64,000 bases of DNA from an uncultured Pseudomonadota bacterium (GTDB lineage: Bacteria > Pseudomonadota > Gammaproteobacteria > Comchoanobacterales > Comchoanobacteraceae). The DNA lies in assembly GCA_913020085.1 (NCBI GenBank), contig CAJVZW010000002.1:6225-70224 (forward strand), written 5' to 3'. This document shows positions 38,134 through 47,687 of this stretch, in pieces. The stretch's first letter is position 1. Each line of letters begins with the position of its first letter. The notes under the pieces were generated by a model that searched no databases, was not told where the DNA came from, and was given only the letters and a program-made list of their open reading frames with translations. A program made the position numbers and the translations under genes.

Positions 38134-40842
38134 TTAATCAGGAGGAGGTGTCGCTGACATCCCTTCGGTTGCCCCACTTGCAGCATCAGCAGCACTGCTT
38201 GCACCTTCAGCCCCTTGATTATCAGCTGACTCGTTTCCTCCGCCAGGGACAGATGGTGATTCTCTTCCAACAGTATAGTCATCAGCATCCTTCTTAGGAT
38301 CGTCGCCACCAAACGCTGCTGCAGCGTCAGCAGAGGCTGCGCTCTGAGCAACATTAGCAGTTGTCATAATCAAGATTCTTTGGTCTTGAAGGTACGATTC
38401 AAACTGCTGTTGTCTCATCTCAGCAAGCAAGTATGCAATTTCTCTTAGAAGATTATTAGTATCCATCGTGGCAATACTAGAGCGCCATGCACTACTGCTC
38501 ATTCGCCAAGTTGATGAGAGCTGCATAGCTTGCATCGGAGTCATTTTTAGCGTTTTGTTAGCAGCTGGTCCGCTGTTTTTATTAAGTGATTTACACGAAT
38601 AAGTATACTCTGTATTCCTCATGTCATAAGGGCCTTGAAGTGCAGTGTATGCAGCCACTTTGGTGATTAAGCTTTTTGCAGATGACTGTAGCTTACCTTT
38701 GGCGGCAGATTTATACTTTGTCTTTATGCTAGGCCGAGTGCTACCTGTTTTGTCAGTCGATGCAGCATCTTTACCGGCAAAGTAGTACTGAGCAGATCCT
38801 GTTCTTATTGGATACAAATACTGGTCCATTTCGGCGTTTCCAGAACTTGTTGATGGCTTGCTCAATGGGACAAAAGCTCCAGCTGCAAGTACAGCCATAT
38901 ACTTTTTACCTTGATCATCAAAATTATCCCACACAGGAAGACCGCTTATAAGAATAGAATTAGGATCTTGTAGTCCAGTGATGGAATCGATAAACCCTGC
39001 AGCTGAAGAAGTGTCTTTTGTAGCAAACTGGGTTGTCTTTGGTTTTGCAACAGTTTGGTCAACACACTCAAGCATTGTCAGGGAGCCCTTCGAGCTGTCT
39101 GCAACATAAGTTTTCTTATCGATATAAGTACTCATACCTGGGAAAGCGCCAAGTGAGCCATCGGCTTGCTTATTATCACCAGATTTTGGTGGTTTTCGGC
39201 CGCTTAGCATCAGCTCTAACTCGTAAAATGCATAGGTATATGCAGCACCTGTTGCTGAGTCAAGTGCAGTTTCCATTGAGCTTAGATGTGGCTTAAGAGT
39301 CTTCAGTAAATCGAAGCTTACAGAGCTATTTGCACCACTTCCAGATCCGAGAGCACTGGCATATGCTGAGCCTTTCTCGTTAAGGCTAAGGCTAGATCTA
39401 TATATATCAATCACATTCGCGATGTTATAGTTTAGTGCTTTACACGCTTGAAAGCCGTCGAGTGTTTTCGCTCCGTCACTTGAGTTACAGTCAATAAACC
39501 CAGACTCCATATTTGATCCCCCTTTGAGAATCTCTTTTGGAGATGTGATTTGTAGATCTTCAAGCCAGGTATCACTGTCTTCAATGATTGCAGGAAATCC
39601 ATTGGCATATTTAAAAGAATTTATAATCCCGGCATCTGTAAGAGTAGTGTTGTTAGTGACTGGTCCACACTCTGCTTTGGCACGCGTTTTTGCTTTATCG
39701 TTTTTTAATCCGTCTTCGTTAGAGAAAATATAACTCGGCTTTGAAGAAGACGAGGTGTCTACTGAGGTGCCTGAGCCCGACGGTTTGGTCTGCCAGTTTT
39801 CACTACAGTTCTTGTATCTGTGCTGAAGATTTTTGAGCCTTATAAATAGCTTTGCAGTCTTTTTGAAATTTTCATTTTGCAGAGCACTTTCAATTCTTTG
39901 TTTATGTGTTCCTGTAAAGTTTCTTGACACATTATTCTCAGGTTCGGCAACTTTGATCCATTTAGTTACAACTCTTTCCGATTTGTCTGCATAAAAATCG
40001 ACATCTACAATGTCGTCTCCACTTCTACCGCCTTTTATTAGGGGGTAAAATAGATTCGTAAGCATAATTGTTGTGTATTCATAAATATTTCCCGCGCTCA
40101 TAACAGATGGGAAATTTAGGTCCTTGAGGCCTGAGTAGGCGCTCATTACTTTAGCATCTGAATTACTGACTGCGCCAGCAGCTCTTGCGCTGGGGTTAAA
40201 TGGGTCTATAAGTGCCATCATGTTTTGCTGTGTTTTCACTGTGATAGCGAGTGGGTCGGGGAGTGTTTGTGCGATTGAATTCATTCGTGATGCGTTAAGG
40301 CCTTTTGATCCATATATGCCCAGACGAATCATTTCAGGTGTTTTCGAAAGATAATGCTGTAAAAGTTTGTTTGTGCGCCCAATCATCGTTACGAGTGCTT
40401 GCTGTGTTTCGTCACCTTCAGCGTTGATTTCGGTTTGAGCTGAGCTTATTGCACTAGTAACTCTGCCGCCCTGGGTGTTAATGGCAGCGGTGGTTGCTTG
40501 TTGATCAGTTATTAAGGTGGTTAGGTTATTATTCATCGTTGTTTGCTTAGTCAACTGATTAGTCGCTGTTGTGCTTAAGGTATCAAGAGTGTTTTTCATT
40601 GCGGTGGTATTGGTCGCAGTTGTCGCTGTGTTGGTAGCAGTTTGATATTGATCTTGTGCCATGGATTGCGCCCATGTGTCGAGTGTACTGTCAGAAGACG
40701 TGGGGTCGAATGTTCCATCAGCGCCCATTCTGCCCTTGAACATAGCAAAATAGTTATCCTCGTTTTCTTGCGCCGACTGTGCGTGCACGCAAGTAGCTAA
40801 AAGTAGTAAAGCTAATTTTGATAGGTGAGAGGTGTATTTCAT
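38134..40842 (-). CDS. icmX: IcmX-like T4BSS periplasmic protein, about twice the usual size
   Basis: A signal peptide is present (MKYTSHLSKLALLLLATCVHA-QS). It lies downstream of icmW on the same strand. The C-terminal segment TWRMSSSAWRSSIATMDTNNLLREIAYLLAEMRQQQFESYLQDQRILIMTT resembles, from memory, the conserved C-terminus of L. pneumophila IcmX (..KEIATLLAEINYQMYLDRQIQERILL..). The remainder is T/N/S-rich and I do not recognise it. Confidence 0.55.
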   Translation of the reverse strand: MKYTSHLSKLALLLLATCVHAQSAQENEDNYFAMFKGRMGADGTFDPTSSDSTLDTWAQSMAQDQYQTATNTATTATNTTAMKNTLDTLSTTATNQLTKQTTMNNNLTTLITDQQATTAAINTQGGRVTSAISSAQTEINAEGDETQQALVTMIGRTNKLLQHYLSKTPEMIRLGIYGSKGLNASRMNSIAQTLPDPLAITVKTQQNMMALIDPFNPSARAAGAVSNSDAKVMSAYSGLKDLNFPSVMSAGNIYEYTTIMLTNLFYPLIKGGRSGDDIVDVDFYADKSERVVTKWIKVAEPENNVSRNFTGTHKQRIESALQNENFKKTAKLFIRLKNLQHRYKNCSENWQTKPSGSGTSVDTSSSSKPSYIFSNEDGLKNDKAKTRAKAECGPVTNNTTLTDAGIINSFKYANGFPAIIEDSDTWLEDLQITSPKEILKGGSNMESGFIDCNSSDGAKTLDGFQACKALNYNIANVIDIYRSSLSLNEKGSAYASALGSGSGANSSVSFDLLKTLKPHLSSMETALDSATGAAYTYAFYELELMLSGRKPPKSGDNKQADGSLGAFPGMSTYIDKKTYVADSSKGSLTMLECVDQTVAKPKTTQFATKDTSSAAGFIDSITGLQDPNSILISGLPVWDNFDDQGKKYMAVLAAGAFVPLSKPSTSSGNAEMDQYLYPIRTGSAQYYFAGKDAASTDKTGSTRPSIKTKYKSAAKGKLQSSAKSLITKVAAYTALQGPYDMRNTEYTYSCKSLNKNSGPAANKTLKMTPMQAMQLSSTWRMSSSAWRSSIATMDTNNLLREIAYLLAEMRQQQFESYLQDQRILIMTTANVAQSAASADAAAAFGGDDPKKDADDYTVGRESPSVPGGGNESADNQGAEGASSAADAASGATEGMSATPPPD

Positions 40843-40869
40843 AGTTATTTCCATGGCAAGTTTAATGCA

Positions 40870-41184
40870 TTAGGTGTCTTGGGGATAGAACTCTTTTAAA
40901 GCCTCTACGTCCTTGTTGTATTGAGTGGCGTCGAGTTTTGCTACATTCAGAATTTGGATATCTTCTTGGGTTGGTTGTAACCCTTGAAAATAAATGTAAT
41001 AAGATTTTCGGTATGCACACTGCATAGCTGAGATGCCAGTTTCATCCATTTCTCTTCCAACCTTGTTAATTTCTGTTTTAGGCGCGTTACGACATGGGTC
41101 AAACAGATTAAATGTCTCAGGTTGTTGCTGAGCTGCTGCAAAAGAGCAAGTAAGTGTAACAATTAATGTTAAGGTATATCTCAT
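40870..41184 (-). CDS. small secreted protein embedded between icmW and icmX
   Basis: About 104 aa with a signal peptide (MRYTLTLIVTLTCSFAAA-QQ). The mature part has two Cys residues. Its ATG overlaps the icmW stop as ATGA. It ends 28 nt before the icmX-like start. Confidence 0.6.
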   Translation of the reverse strand: MRYTLTLIVTLTCSFAAAQQQPETFNLFDPCRNAPKTEINKVGREMDETGISAMQCAYRKSYYIYFQGLQPTQEDIQILNVAKLDATQYNKDVEALKEFYPQDT

Positions 41185-41624
41185 GAGCATTTCTCCAAAG
41201 CACTATGTATTTTTTCAAGTCGTTCATAGTTAAACACACGACTAAGTAATCTGAGGCGTTCGAAGATAAGGTTGCGTCTAATAAATAGTTGAGCAGTTTT
41301 GTCAGTGAAGCTTTGCCCTTCAGCAAAACTGAGTAACCTTGAAGCAGCACCAGGATTGTTACTGTCGAGCTCTTGCATAATTCGCAATACGCGAGACGTT
41401 TTAAGGTAAGCGCCGATGTAAACAAGATGATCAAAATTTTTGATTTCTATCCCGGCGATTGAATCCATTGCTTCTTCGAGTTTATCTAAGGCACTTTCGA
41501 TTTTCTCATTTCCATCGAGAGTCCACGATTCGATTTTTTCCATAAAAGAAATTACTTCAAATACTTTTGGGTCATCAAATGACTTCCAAAACTCCCTTGA
41601 CGCGTCGAGACTAAAATCAGGCAT
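41181..41624 (-). CDS. icmW: Dot/Icm type IV coupling-complex adaptor IcmW
   Basis: MPDFSLDASREFWKSFDDPKVFEVISFMEKIESWTLDGN and RRNLIFERLRLLSRVF closely parallel L. pneumophila IcmW (MPDLSHEASAKYW...FMESVENWTLDGN...KRNIVFERLRLLSRVF). The length is 147 aa. Confidence 0.85.
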   Translation of the reverse strand: MPDFSLDASREFWKSFDDPKVFEVISFMEKIESWTLDGNEKIESALDKLEEAMDSIAGIEIKNFDHLVYIGAYLKTSRVLRIMQELDSNNPGAASRLLSFAEGQSFTDKTAQLFIRRNLIFERLRLLSRVFNYERLEKIHSALEKCS

Positions 41625-41721
41625 TACTCATCCGTTGAATTCGCTTACATATTATTTCATAGTTTTAAACTAAATTACAAGAGCTGGTGCAGGTATACGC
41701 GCTATATATTATAATGATGTT

Positions 41722-42168
41722 ATGAAACAGACGATTCAATTGACAATTTTCACAGACTGGGTTGAGCGCTCATGTGTTGGAACATCACTTTACAACAACG
41801 ATGCTATTAAGAGGTATATCGCGGGAGCATGTTGTAGCTGTTTGTATGGGTTTCACTATGATCATCGTGATATGGTGCAGTTATCGCTTCAGCTCAACAC
41901 CGCAGCGCCAATTGATGATTTTCAAGCACGATCGATAGCAAATCATGGATTGGTTCAGCATATTATTTTTGGTGATAATATTGATATGGATATTCATCGT
42001 ACAACTTTATCCGCATTTAGATATCTTAGTCGACATCGTTTCGATGGTAACCATCAAACGGATTTCATTATCGCAAACTCATTTCTTGAAGTGGATGATT
42101 TGCTCAAGAACATGCGCAAAAATAACGGTACTGGCTTAAAGCTATTTGTTAGTGTATACTGTGAATAA
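41722..42168 (+). CDS. hypothetical protein (148 aa), divergent from icmW
   Basis: It is a clean ORF predicted to be soluble, with a Cys-rich patch (AGACCSCLYGFHYDH). I recognise no family. Confidence 0.45.
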   Translation: MKQTIQLTIFTDWVERSCVGTSLYNNDAIKRYIAGACCSCLYGFHYDHRDMVQLSLQLNTAAPIDDFQARSIANHGLVQHIIFGDNIDMDIHRTTLSAFRYLSRHRFDGNHQTDFIIANSFLEVDDLLKNMRKNNGTGLKLFVSVYCE

Positions 42169-42188
42169 CAATAGCTCAGTGAGGTCAA

Positions 42189-42614
42189 ATGGCTCAGCGT
42201 GGCGTCAATAAAGTAATTCTTGTCGGGAACGTTGGAAACGAACCCGAAATCAGATATACGTCCAGTGGACAAGCAGTTGCTAATCTCTCTCTAGCGACAT
42301 CTGAAGTTTGGAAAGACAAGACAACTGGAGACAAACAAGAGAGAACCGAATGGCATCGCATTGTATCATTCGGTAAGTCTGCTGAAATCGTCAGAGATTA
42401 TATCAAGAAAGGCAGTAAATTGTTTGTGGAAGGCAGCTTGAAAACTCGCAAATGGGAAGATAAAAATGGGGTAGAGCGCTACACAACAGAGGTTGTGTCC
42501 AATGAGATTCAGATGCTTGATTCAAGGGGAGATCAGAATAGCGCTCCTTCACCGGCCCAGGGTATGGCAGAAATTCCTTCAGAGGAGTTGGTTGATGAAG
42601 ATATTCCGTTCTAG
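42189..42614 (+). CDS. ssb: single-stranded DNA-binding protein
   Basis: [43 protein letters not shown] and the acidic tip DEDIPF are present. Confidence 0.95.
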   Translation: MAQRGVNKVILVGNVGNEPEIRYTSSGQAVANLSLATSEVWKDKTTGDKQERTEWHRIVSFGKSAEIVRDYIKKGSKLFVEGSLKTRKWEDKNGVERYTTEVVSNEIQMLDSRGDQNSAPSPAQGMAEIPSEELVDEDIPF

Positions 42615-42715
42615 ATATTTTGCTCAGCAATTTTCGATGTGTATTTCTTATCTCTTTGTTTGGGGGGTCTGAGATGATTCTCTGCACGCAGCAATTAACG
42701 CAGAGGGTGTAGAGG

Positions 42716-44524
42716 ATGAAGATTGTTGATAATCGTACTGGTCGACACCGAAAGTGTATTTTTCCATACTTTCACGAGGTATCTAGCGGGAGTATTGATG
42801 TGTGGTATTTTGATGACGTTATCAGATTCCGAAGTACTTTCAGTAATACAAGCGACTCCAAACAGGACATGGAGGCTAAACTCACTAGATTTGTAGTTAA
42901 GAAAATAACATCAATCTACAATAACACTTCATCTTTAGGCAATCATACGCGAGCAATTGACTCCATCATCGACTTCCTGAAGTTGCTTGTTTTTGGCCAG
43001 GATTTTGAACCTGAGCATCGTCTTGCTCTTCATAATGTCGACATATCGAAAGTTAGAAAAAACCTTATGGAGCATTCTGATTTACAGCCAATTTTAGCTG
43101 TTAACACTATTGGCACGTCCAGCCAGCCAAATAGTAATTTACTTATACAGGCTGTTTTCCGGGCCAGTTTTTATTGCGAACAAGAAGGTGACAAGCAGCT
43201 AACTGAAATATTGAAAGCTTACATGCAGCCAAGTGGGGGCGTCAGTGGTAGTGGCACACTATTCATGATGTTGCCCCAGCGGGCTATTATCGCTGCACTA
43301 GATAACTCAGATTTTGTTAAATCTATTTTATCGAATTATGACCAGTTTCTACCTGAAGTAAAAGCAAAAATTATTAATTGCTTTTACCAGAAAAATCCTA
43401 CATGTAGTACAATGCATCATTGTTTCACTGGTGAGGCGATAATGGAAAGAGTGCAGAAAGACATGGCATTTCTTAAGAAGGATCAACTAATTGAATATAT
43501 TGCCCATCTTAAAATTGAAAACTGGCTAAATCCTTACCATGATAGTAAAATTGTCTTTCAATCACAGTCAGAAAATCACTCTTTGTCAGTAGGGGTTCTT
43601 GATCTGTGCTGTCATTATGTGAGTAAAAGTGGATCTTTCAAGTTACTTGATCTAGTGGCGAAAAAGATTGATATCGGTCTGGATGAGAGTGAATCTGCTC
43701 CTGTTTTACGGGATATGCGCATTGATTTCTTTGATAATACTCTAATGGATCCTCAGCATAATAAGAGACGAAGAATCGAAAAGTGCACTTCGATTTTGAT
43801 GAGTAATAATTTAAAGTTTTCTGATAAAGAATCTAAATATATCTTATATATCATGAGGGACTCCTGGTCTGAAATGCTTGAATGTGTTGCGCATCATAAG
43901 AAAGATAAGCTTCTTGAGCTGATGCAGCTCACAATTTATGATTATCCTACTTCTAGTTCGAAAATTATTAATAGTGGAAATAGTTTAGCGTCCTCTTTAC
44001 TAAATCAGACAGCAAGTAATGCCAAATTGATAAGAGATCTAGAGACCCATTTATGTCTTGCAGTTGTTGCCTGTTTAATATTTTCCCCAATTGCTGTTTT
44101 ATTTAAGGTGCTAATAATTTCACTGATTGGTGGGCATAGTTATTATCGAGACCATCTTCTGTATAAACAACCTCAATGTCCCTGGCAGCAGAGCAAGAAG
44201 GGATTTCTCTTAAGAGCTATAAATTATGTTTGCACCCCTAGTACTGCACTGATTGCGTATGGTCTTGTTGGCTTCTTAAGTGTCTATGGAGCAGGCTATC
44301 TGGGCCCTTCAATATTGAATAACCTCCATGTGTGTGCTACAATCGGCTTTGTTAGATATTTCGTATATCTTATGATGCGGGATACTAAGCAGCCTATTAA
44401 CATCAATTATTCAAGGCCCAAAAATGTCAACACTCCCGTATTCACTCAAGGTGCTACAGCAAAGCTGCAACCCCCAGAGCCCATGCCCATTCGAAATGTA
44501 TCTCAAGGACTCAACAAGCCATGA
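42716..44524 (+). CDS. 602-aa orphan protein with C-terminal hydrophobic hairpins; candidate secreted membrane-targeted effector
   Basis: The ATG has AGAGG upstream. The roughly 440 N-terminal residues are soluble and of no recognisable family. Paired hydrophobic segments follow: LCLAVVACLIFSPIAVLFKVLIISLIGG and ALIAYGLVGFLSVYGAGYLGPSIL...VCATIGFVRYFVYLMM. Its 3' end overlaps acnA by 101 nt. Confidence 0.6.
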   Translation: MKIVDNRTGRHRKCIFPYFHEVSSGSIDVWYFDDVIRFRSTFSNTSDSKQDMEAKLTRFVVKKITSIYNNTSSLGNHTRAIDSIIDFLKLLVFGQDFEPEHRLALHNVDISKVRKNLMEHSDLQPILAVNTIGTSSQPNSNLLIQAVFRASFYCEQEGDKQLTEILKAYMQPSGGVSGSGTLFMMLPQRAIIAALDNSDFVKSILSNYDQFLPEVKAKIINCFYQKNPTCSTMHHCFTGEAIMERVQKDMAFLKKDQLIEYIAHLKIENWLNPYHDSKIVFQSQSENHSLSVGVLDLCCHYVSKSGSFKLLDLVAKKIDIGLDESESAPVLRDMRIDFFDNTLMDPQHNKRRRIEKCTSILMSNNLKFSDKESKYILYIMRDSWSEMLECVAHHKKDKLLELMQLTIYDYPTSSSKIINSGNSLASSLLNQTASNAKLIRDLETHLCLAVVACLIFSPIAVLFKVLIISLIGGHSYYRDHLLYKQPQCPWQQSKKGFLLRAINYVCTPSTALIAYGLVGFLSVYGAGYLGPSILNNLHVCATIGFVRYFVYLMMRDTKQPININYSRPKNVNTPVFTQGATAKLQPPEPMPIRNVSQGLNKP

Positions 44525-46916
44525 GATAGAATTTACGCCTGCTAGAGTCCTGATGCAAGATTTCACAGGAGTACCTGCTGTTGTTGATCTAGCAGCAATG
44601 CGAGATGCTGTTGCTGAAAAAGAGGGGAATGTTGATATCATCAACCCTTTAGTTCCAGTTGATCTTGTCATTGATCATTCTGTCATTGTTGATAAGTATG
44701 GTAACGAAACATCCTATCAAGATAACGTAAATATAGAAGTTAAAAGAAATTTTGAGCGTTACTCTTTTTTAAAGTGGGCCCAGCATGCGTTTGATGGGCT
44801 GAGAGTCGTTCCTCCAGGAACAGGTATTTGTCATCAGGTCAACCTTGAGTATTTAGCAGAGGTTGTATGTGAGCGTGATGGCAATTTTATTCCTGATACG
44901 CTGGTTGGAACAGATAGCCATACAACCATGGTCAATGGTCTTGGGGTCCTCGGTTGGGGGGTCGGTGGAATTGAGGCAGAAGCGGCGATGCTCGGTCAGC
45001 CAATTTCTATGAATATTCCTCAAGTGGTTGGCGTTCATCTCACTGGCAGTCTGGTTAAAGGGGTTACAGCTACTGACCTTGTGCTTACTATCACCGAGAT
45101 ACTTAGAAATAAAGGCGTTGTTGGAAAGTTTGTTGAGTTCTGCGGTCCCGGAGCTTCGCAACTTACACTTGCTGAGAGGGCAACGATTGCAAATATGGCA
45201 CCAGAGTATGGTGCAACATGCGGTATTTTTCCTGTTGACGAGGAAACGTTAAACTACCTAAGGATGACAGGTAGAAGCGAGGAGAAAATTGCTGATATTA
45301 AGGAATATCTAATTAAAAACCAGATGTGGGACATGGGCAGAGACACAAGCGTGGTTTTCTCAGATACTGTTCATTTAGATCTTACTACAGTCAGGCCTTG
45401 TTTAGCTGGTCCTAAAAGGCCTCAGGACCGGGTCGATCTATCTGATGTGAAAAAGCAGATGATTGAAATGATAGGTGATCGAAAGCCAGTTAGCGGACAA
45501 GGGCTTAATCACGGAGATGTAGTTATTGCGGCAATCACAAGCTGTACTAATACCTCTAATCCATCAGTGCTAGTTGCTGCAGGACTTATTGCAAGAAAGG
45601 CAAAAGAGAAGGGATTAAAGCCACCCAGCTGGGTAAAAACATCCATTGCGCCTGGATCTAAGGTAGTCACTGCCTACTTGGATGAGCTTGGGTTAACAGA
45701 TGATTTGAATGCGCTTGGGTTTTATAATGTGGGTTATGGTTGTACGACCTGTATTGGGAATTCTGGACCACTGGATGATCAGATTACAAAAAAAATTAAT
45801 GAAGACCAGGTGCTCGCAGCTTCTGTATTATCAGGTAATAGGAACTTTGAAGGGAGAATTCATCCATTATCAGAGGCAAATTGGCTTGCGTCTCCGCCGC
45901 TTGTTGTGGCATATGCTATTGCTGGTACCACGTTAATTGATTTTGAAAAAGACCCTATTGGTTTTGATCAGAATAAAGATCCAGTTATGCTTGCAGATTT
46001 ATGGCCTGAGGAGCGAGAAATTGCAGATATGATCCGAGTTGTAAGGCGCGAATTATTTACCCGCGAATATGATGATGTGTTCACCGGCGGGCCTGATTGG
46101 TCAGGTCTTCAGATACAGAAGCAGTCACTATATGACTGGTCAGATGAATCTTCTTATATACAGCGTCCAGAGTTTTTCAAGTCGGCTGATAAGAGCCAGG
46201 GTCCCTCTAATATTAATGGTGCAAGAATTCTGGCCATTTTGGGTGATAGTGTTACAACTGACCATATTTCGCCTGCTGGCGTGATCAAGCCAGATAGTCC
46301 TGCCGGGCATTATTTAATGGATCACGGAATAAGTGCCGCAGATTTTAATTCATATGGATCAAGAAGAGGAAATTTTGAAGTCATGGTGCGAGGAACTTTT
46401 GCAAATATTCGCATCCAGAATATGATGACGCCAGATATTCGCGGCGGATATACACGACACTACCCGTCAGGAGAAATGACCAGTATTTATGATGCTGCGA
46501 TGAAATATCAAGCATCAGATGTTCCCAGCGTTGTTTTTGCTGGAAAAGAGTATGGCACTGGTTCATCTCGAGATTGGGCTGCCAAAGGTACTCTTCTCTT
46601 AGGTGTGAAGGCTGTAATTACAGGCAGCTTTGAGCGTATCCACCGATCAAATCTTATCGGTATGGGTGTTTTACCATGTCAGTTTTTAAATGATTCAGTC
46701 GATTCATTGGGCCTAAAGGGCGATGAGGTCATATCCATAACGGGTATTGATCAAATAACAGAGCCCGGTGCAGAGCTGGGCTTGCATATTACATATTCCA
46801 GTGGAGAGCAGAAGCACATCAACATGATTGCAAGGCTAGATACTTTGAATGAAATTGTGTATTTCAAGCGTGGTGGGATTTTAAAACACGTGATGGAAAA
46901 TCTTTTAACCAATTAG
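44424..46916 (+). CDS. acnA: aconitate hydratase A, about 60 aa shorter than usual at the N-terminus
   Basis: [47 protein letters not shown] and [10 protein letters not shown] (Fe-S cysteines) are present. Similarity to AcnA begins only at LPYSLKVL. Confidence 0.88.
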   Translation: MSTLPYSLKVLQQSCNPQSPCPFEMYLKDSTSHEIEFTPARVLMQDFTGVPAVVDLAAMRDAVAEKEGNVDIINPLVPVDLVIDHSVIVDKYGNETSYQDNVNIEVKRNFERYSFLKWAQHAFDGLRVVPPGTGICHQVNLEYLAEVVCERDGNFIPDTLVGTDSHTTMVNGLGVLGWGVGGIEAEAAMLGQPISMNIPQVVGVHLTGSLVKGVTATDLVLTITEILRNKGVVGKFVEFCGPGASQLTLAERATIANMAPEYGATCGIFPVDEETLNYLRMTGRSEEKIADIKEYLIKNQMWDMGRDTSVVFSDTVHLDLTTVRPCLAGPKRPQDRVDLSDVKKQMIEMIGDRKPVSGQGLNHGDVVIAAITSCTNTSNPSVLVAAGLIARKAKEKGLKPPSWVKTSIAPGSKVVTAYLDELGLTDDLNALGFYNVGYGCTTCIGNSGPLDDQITKKINEDQVLAASVLSGNRNFEGRIHPLSEANWLASPPLVVAYAIAGTTLIDFEKDPIGFDQNKDPVMLADLWPEEREIADMIRVVRRELFTREYDDVFTGGPDWSGLQIQKQSLYDWSDESSYIQRPEFFKSADKSQGPSNINGARILAILGDSVTTDHISPAGVIKPDSPAGHYLMDHGISAADFNSYGSRRGNFEVMVRGTFANIRIQNMMTPDIRGGYTRHYPSGEMTSIYDAAMKYQASDVPSVVFAGKEYGTGSSRDWAAKGTLLLGVKAVITGSFERIHRSNLIGMGVLPCQFLNDSVDSLGLKGDEVISITGIDQITEPGAELGLHITYSSGEQKHINMIARLDTLNEIVYFKRGGILKHVMENLLTN

Positions 46917-47620
46917 TGGTTAATTCGGATCTCCTCGATTATTTTATAGATAGCTGATTGGCCCTTTTGCATTGCATCAATTGTTTGCTCAAGGGTCATT
47001 GCTTCACCCTCTGCGGTGCCCTGAATTTCAATAAATTCACCATTTTCATTCATTACCAGATTCATATCTGTATCAATACTTGAGTCCTCCGCATAGTCAA
47101 GGTCAACCAGTGTTGTGCCATCTTGTATTCCTACAGATATTGCGCCGATCAAGCTTTTTATCGGATTTTTCTTAATCTTTTTGTTTGCCAATAATTTCTC
47201 TAGTGCAAGGATAAGTGCGCAGACCGACCCGTTAATTGCAGCTGTTCTTGTGCCACCGTCAGCAACAATAACGTCACAGTCCGCAGTAATTGTGTGGCCC
47301 GGAATTTTCTCAAGATCGACCATGGCTCTGAGAGAGCGCCCAATTAGTCTTTGTATCTCATGTGTTCGACCACTTTGCTTGCCTTTTGCTGCTTCACGTT
47401 GGCATCTTGTGTGAGTTGACCGGGGTAAAAGTGAGTATTCTGCTGTGAGCCATCCAGTATTTCCATCTTTTAAAAAACGTGGGACCCCATCTTCTATAGA
47501 GATATTACAAAGGACTTTTGTTTGTCCGCAGCTGTATAGAACAGAGCCTTCGGCATGAGGGGTAAAGTGCTTAATTATTTCTATCTGACGATGGTCTTCA
47601 TTCTTTCTTTCGGTGCGCAT
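46913..47620 (-). CDS. rph: ribonuclease PH
   Basis: 235 aa. [26 protein letters not shown] and [19 protein letters not shown] are present. Confidence 0.94.
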   Translation of the reverse strand: MRTERKNEDHRQIEIIKHFTPHAEGSVLYSCGQTKVLCNISIEDGVPRFLKDGNTGWLTAEYSLLPRSTHTRCQREAAKGKQSGRTHEIQRLIGRSLRAMVDLEKIPGHTITADCDVIVADGGTRTAAINGSVCALILALEKLLANKKIKKNPIKSLIGAISVGIQDGTTLVDLDYAEDSSIDTDMNLVMNENGEFIEIQGTAEGEAMTLEQTIDAMQKGQSAIYKIIEEIRINH

Positions 47621-47687
47621 AACTCGTCCTATTTATATTAAAAAATTAATAGTAACGAATAACATTGAAAAGCACAAGATTCTGATG

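Noticed and set aside
40480-40680. Repetitive-looking DNA in the 5' part of the icmX-like gene, considered as a possible tandem repeat or CRISPR-like array.
   Set aside because: This is only codon-level low complexity encoding Thr/Asn/Ala runs. There are no exact repeat units or spacers, and it lies fully inside an ORF.
40947-41434. Alternative-frame ORFs 40947..41162 and 41117..41434 overlapping the small secreted ORF and icmW.
   Set aside because: The icmW frame has strong homology. The competing frames lack start context, signal sequences and motifs.
44411-44671. An 86-aa minus-strand ORF at the junction of the 602-aa ORF and acnA.
   Set aside because: It is antisense to the conserved AcnA N-terminal region ([20 protein letters not shown]), so it is most likely spurious.
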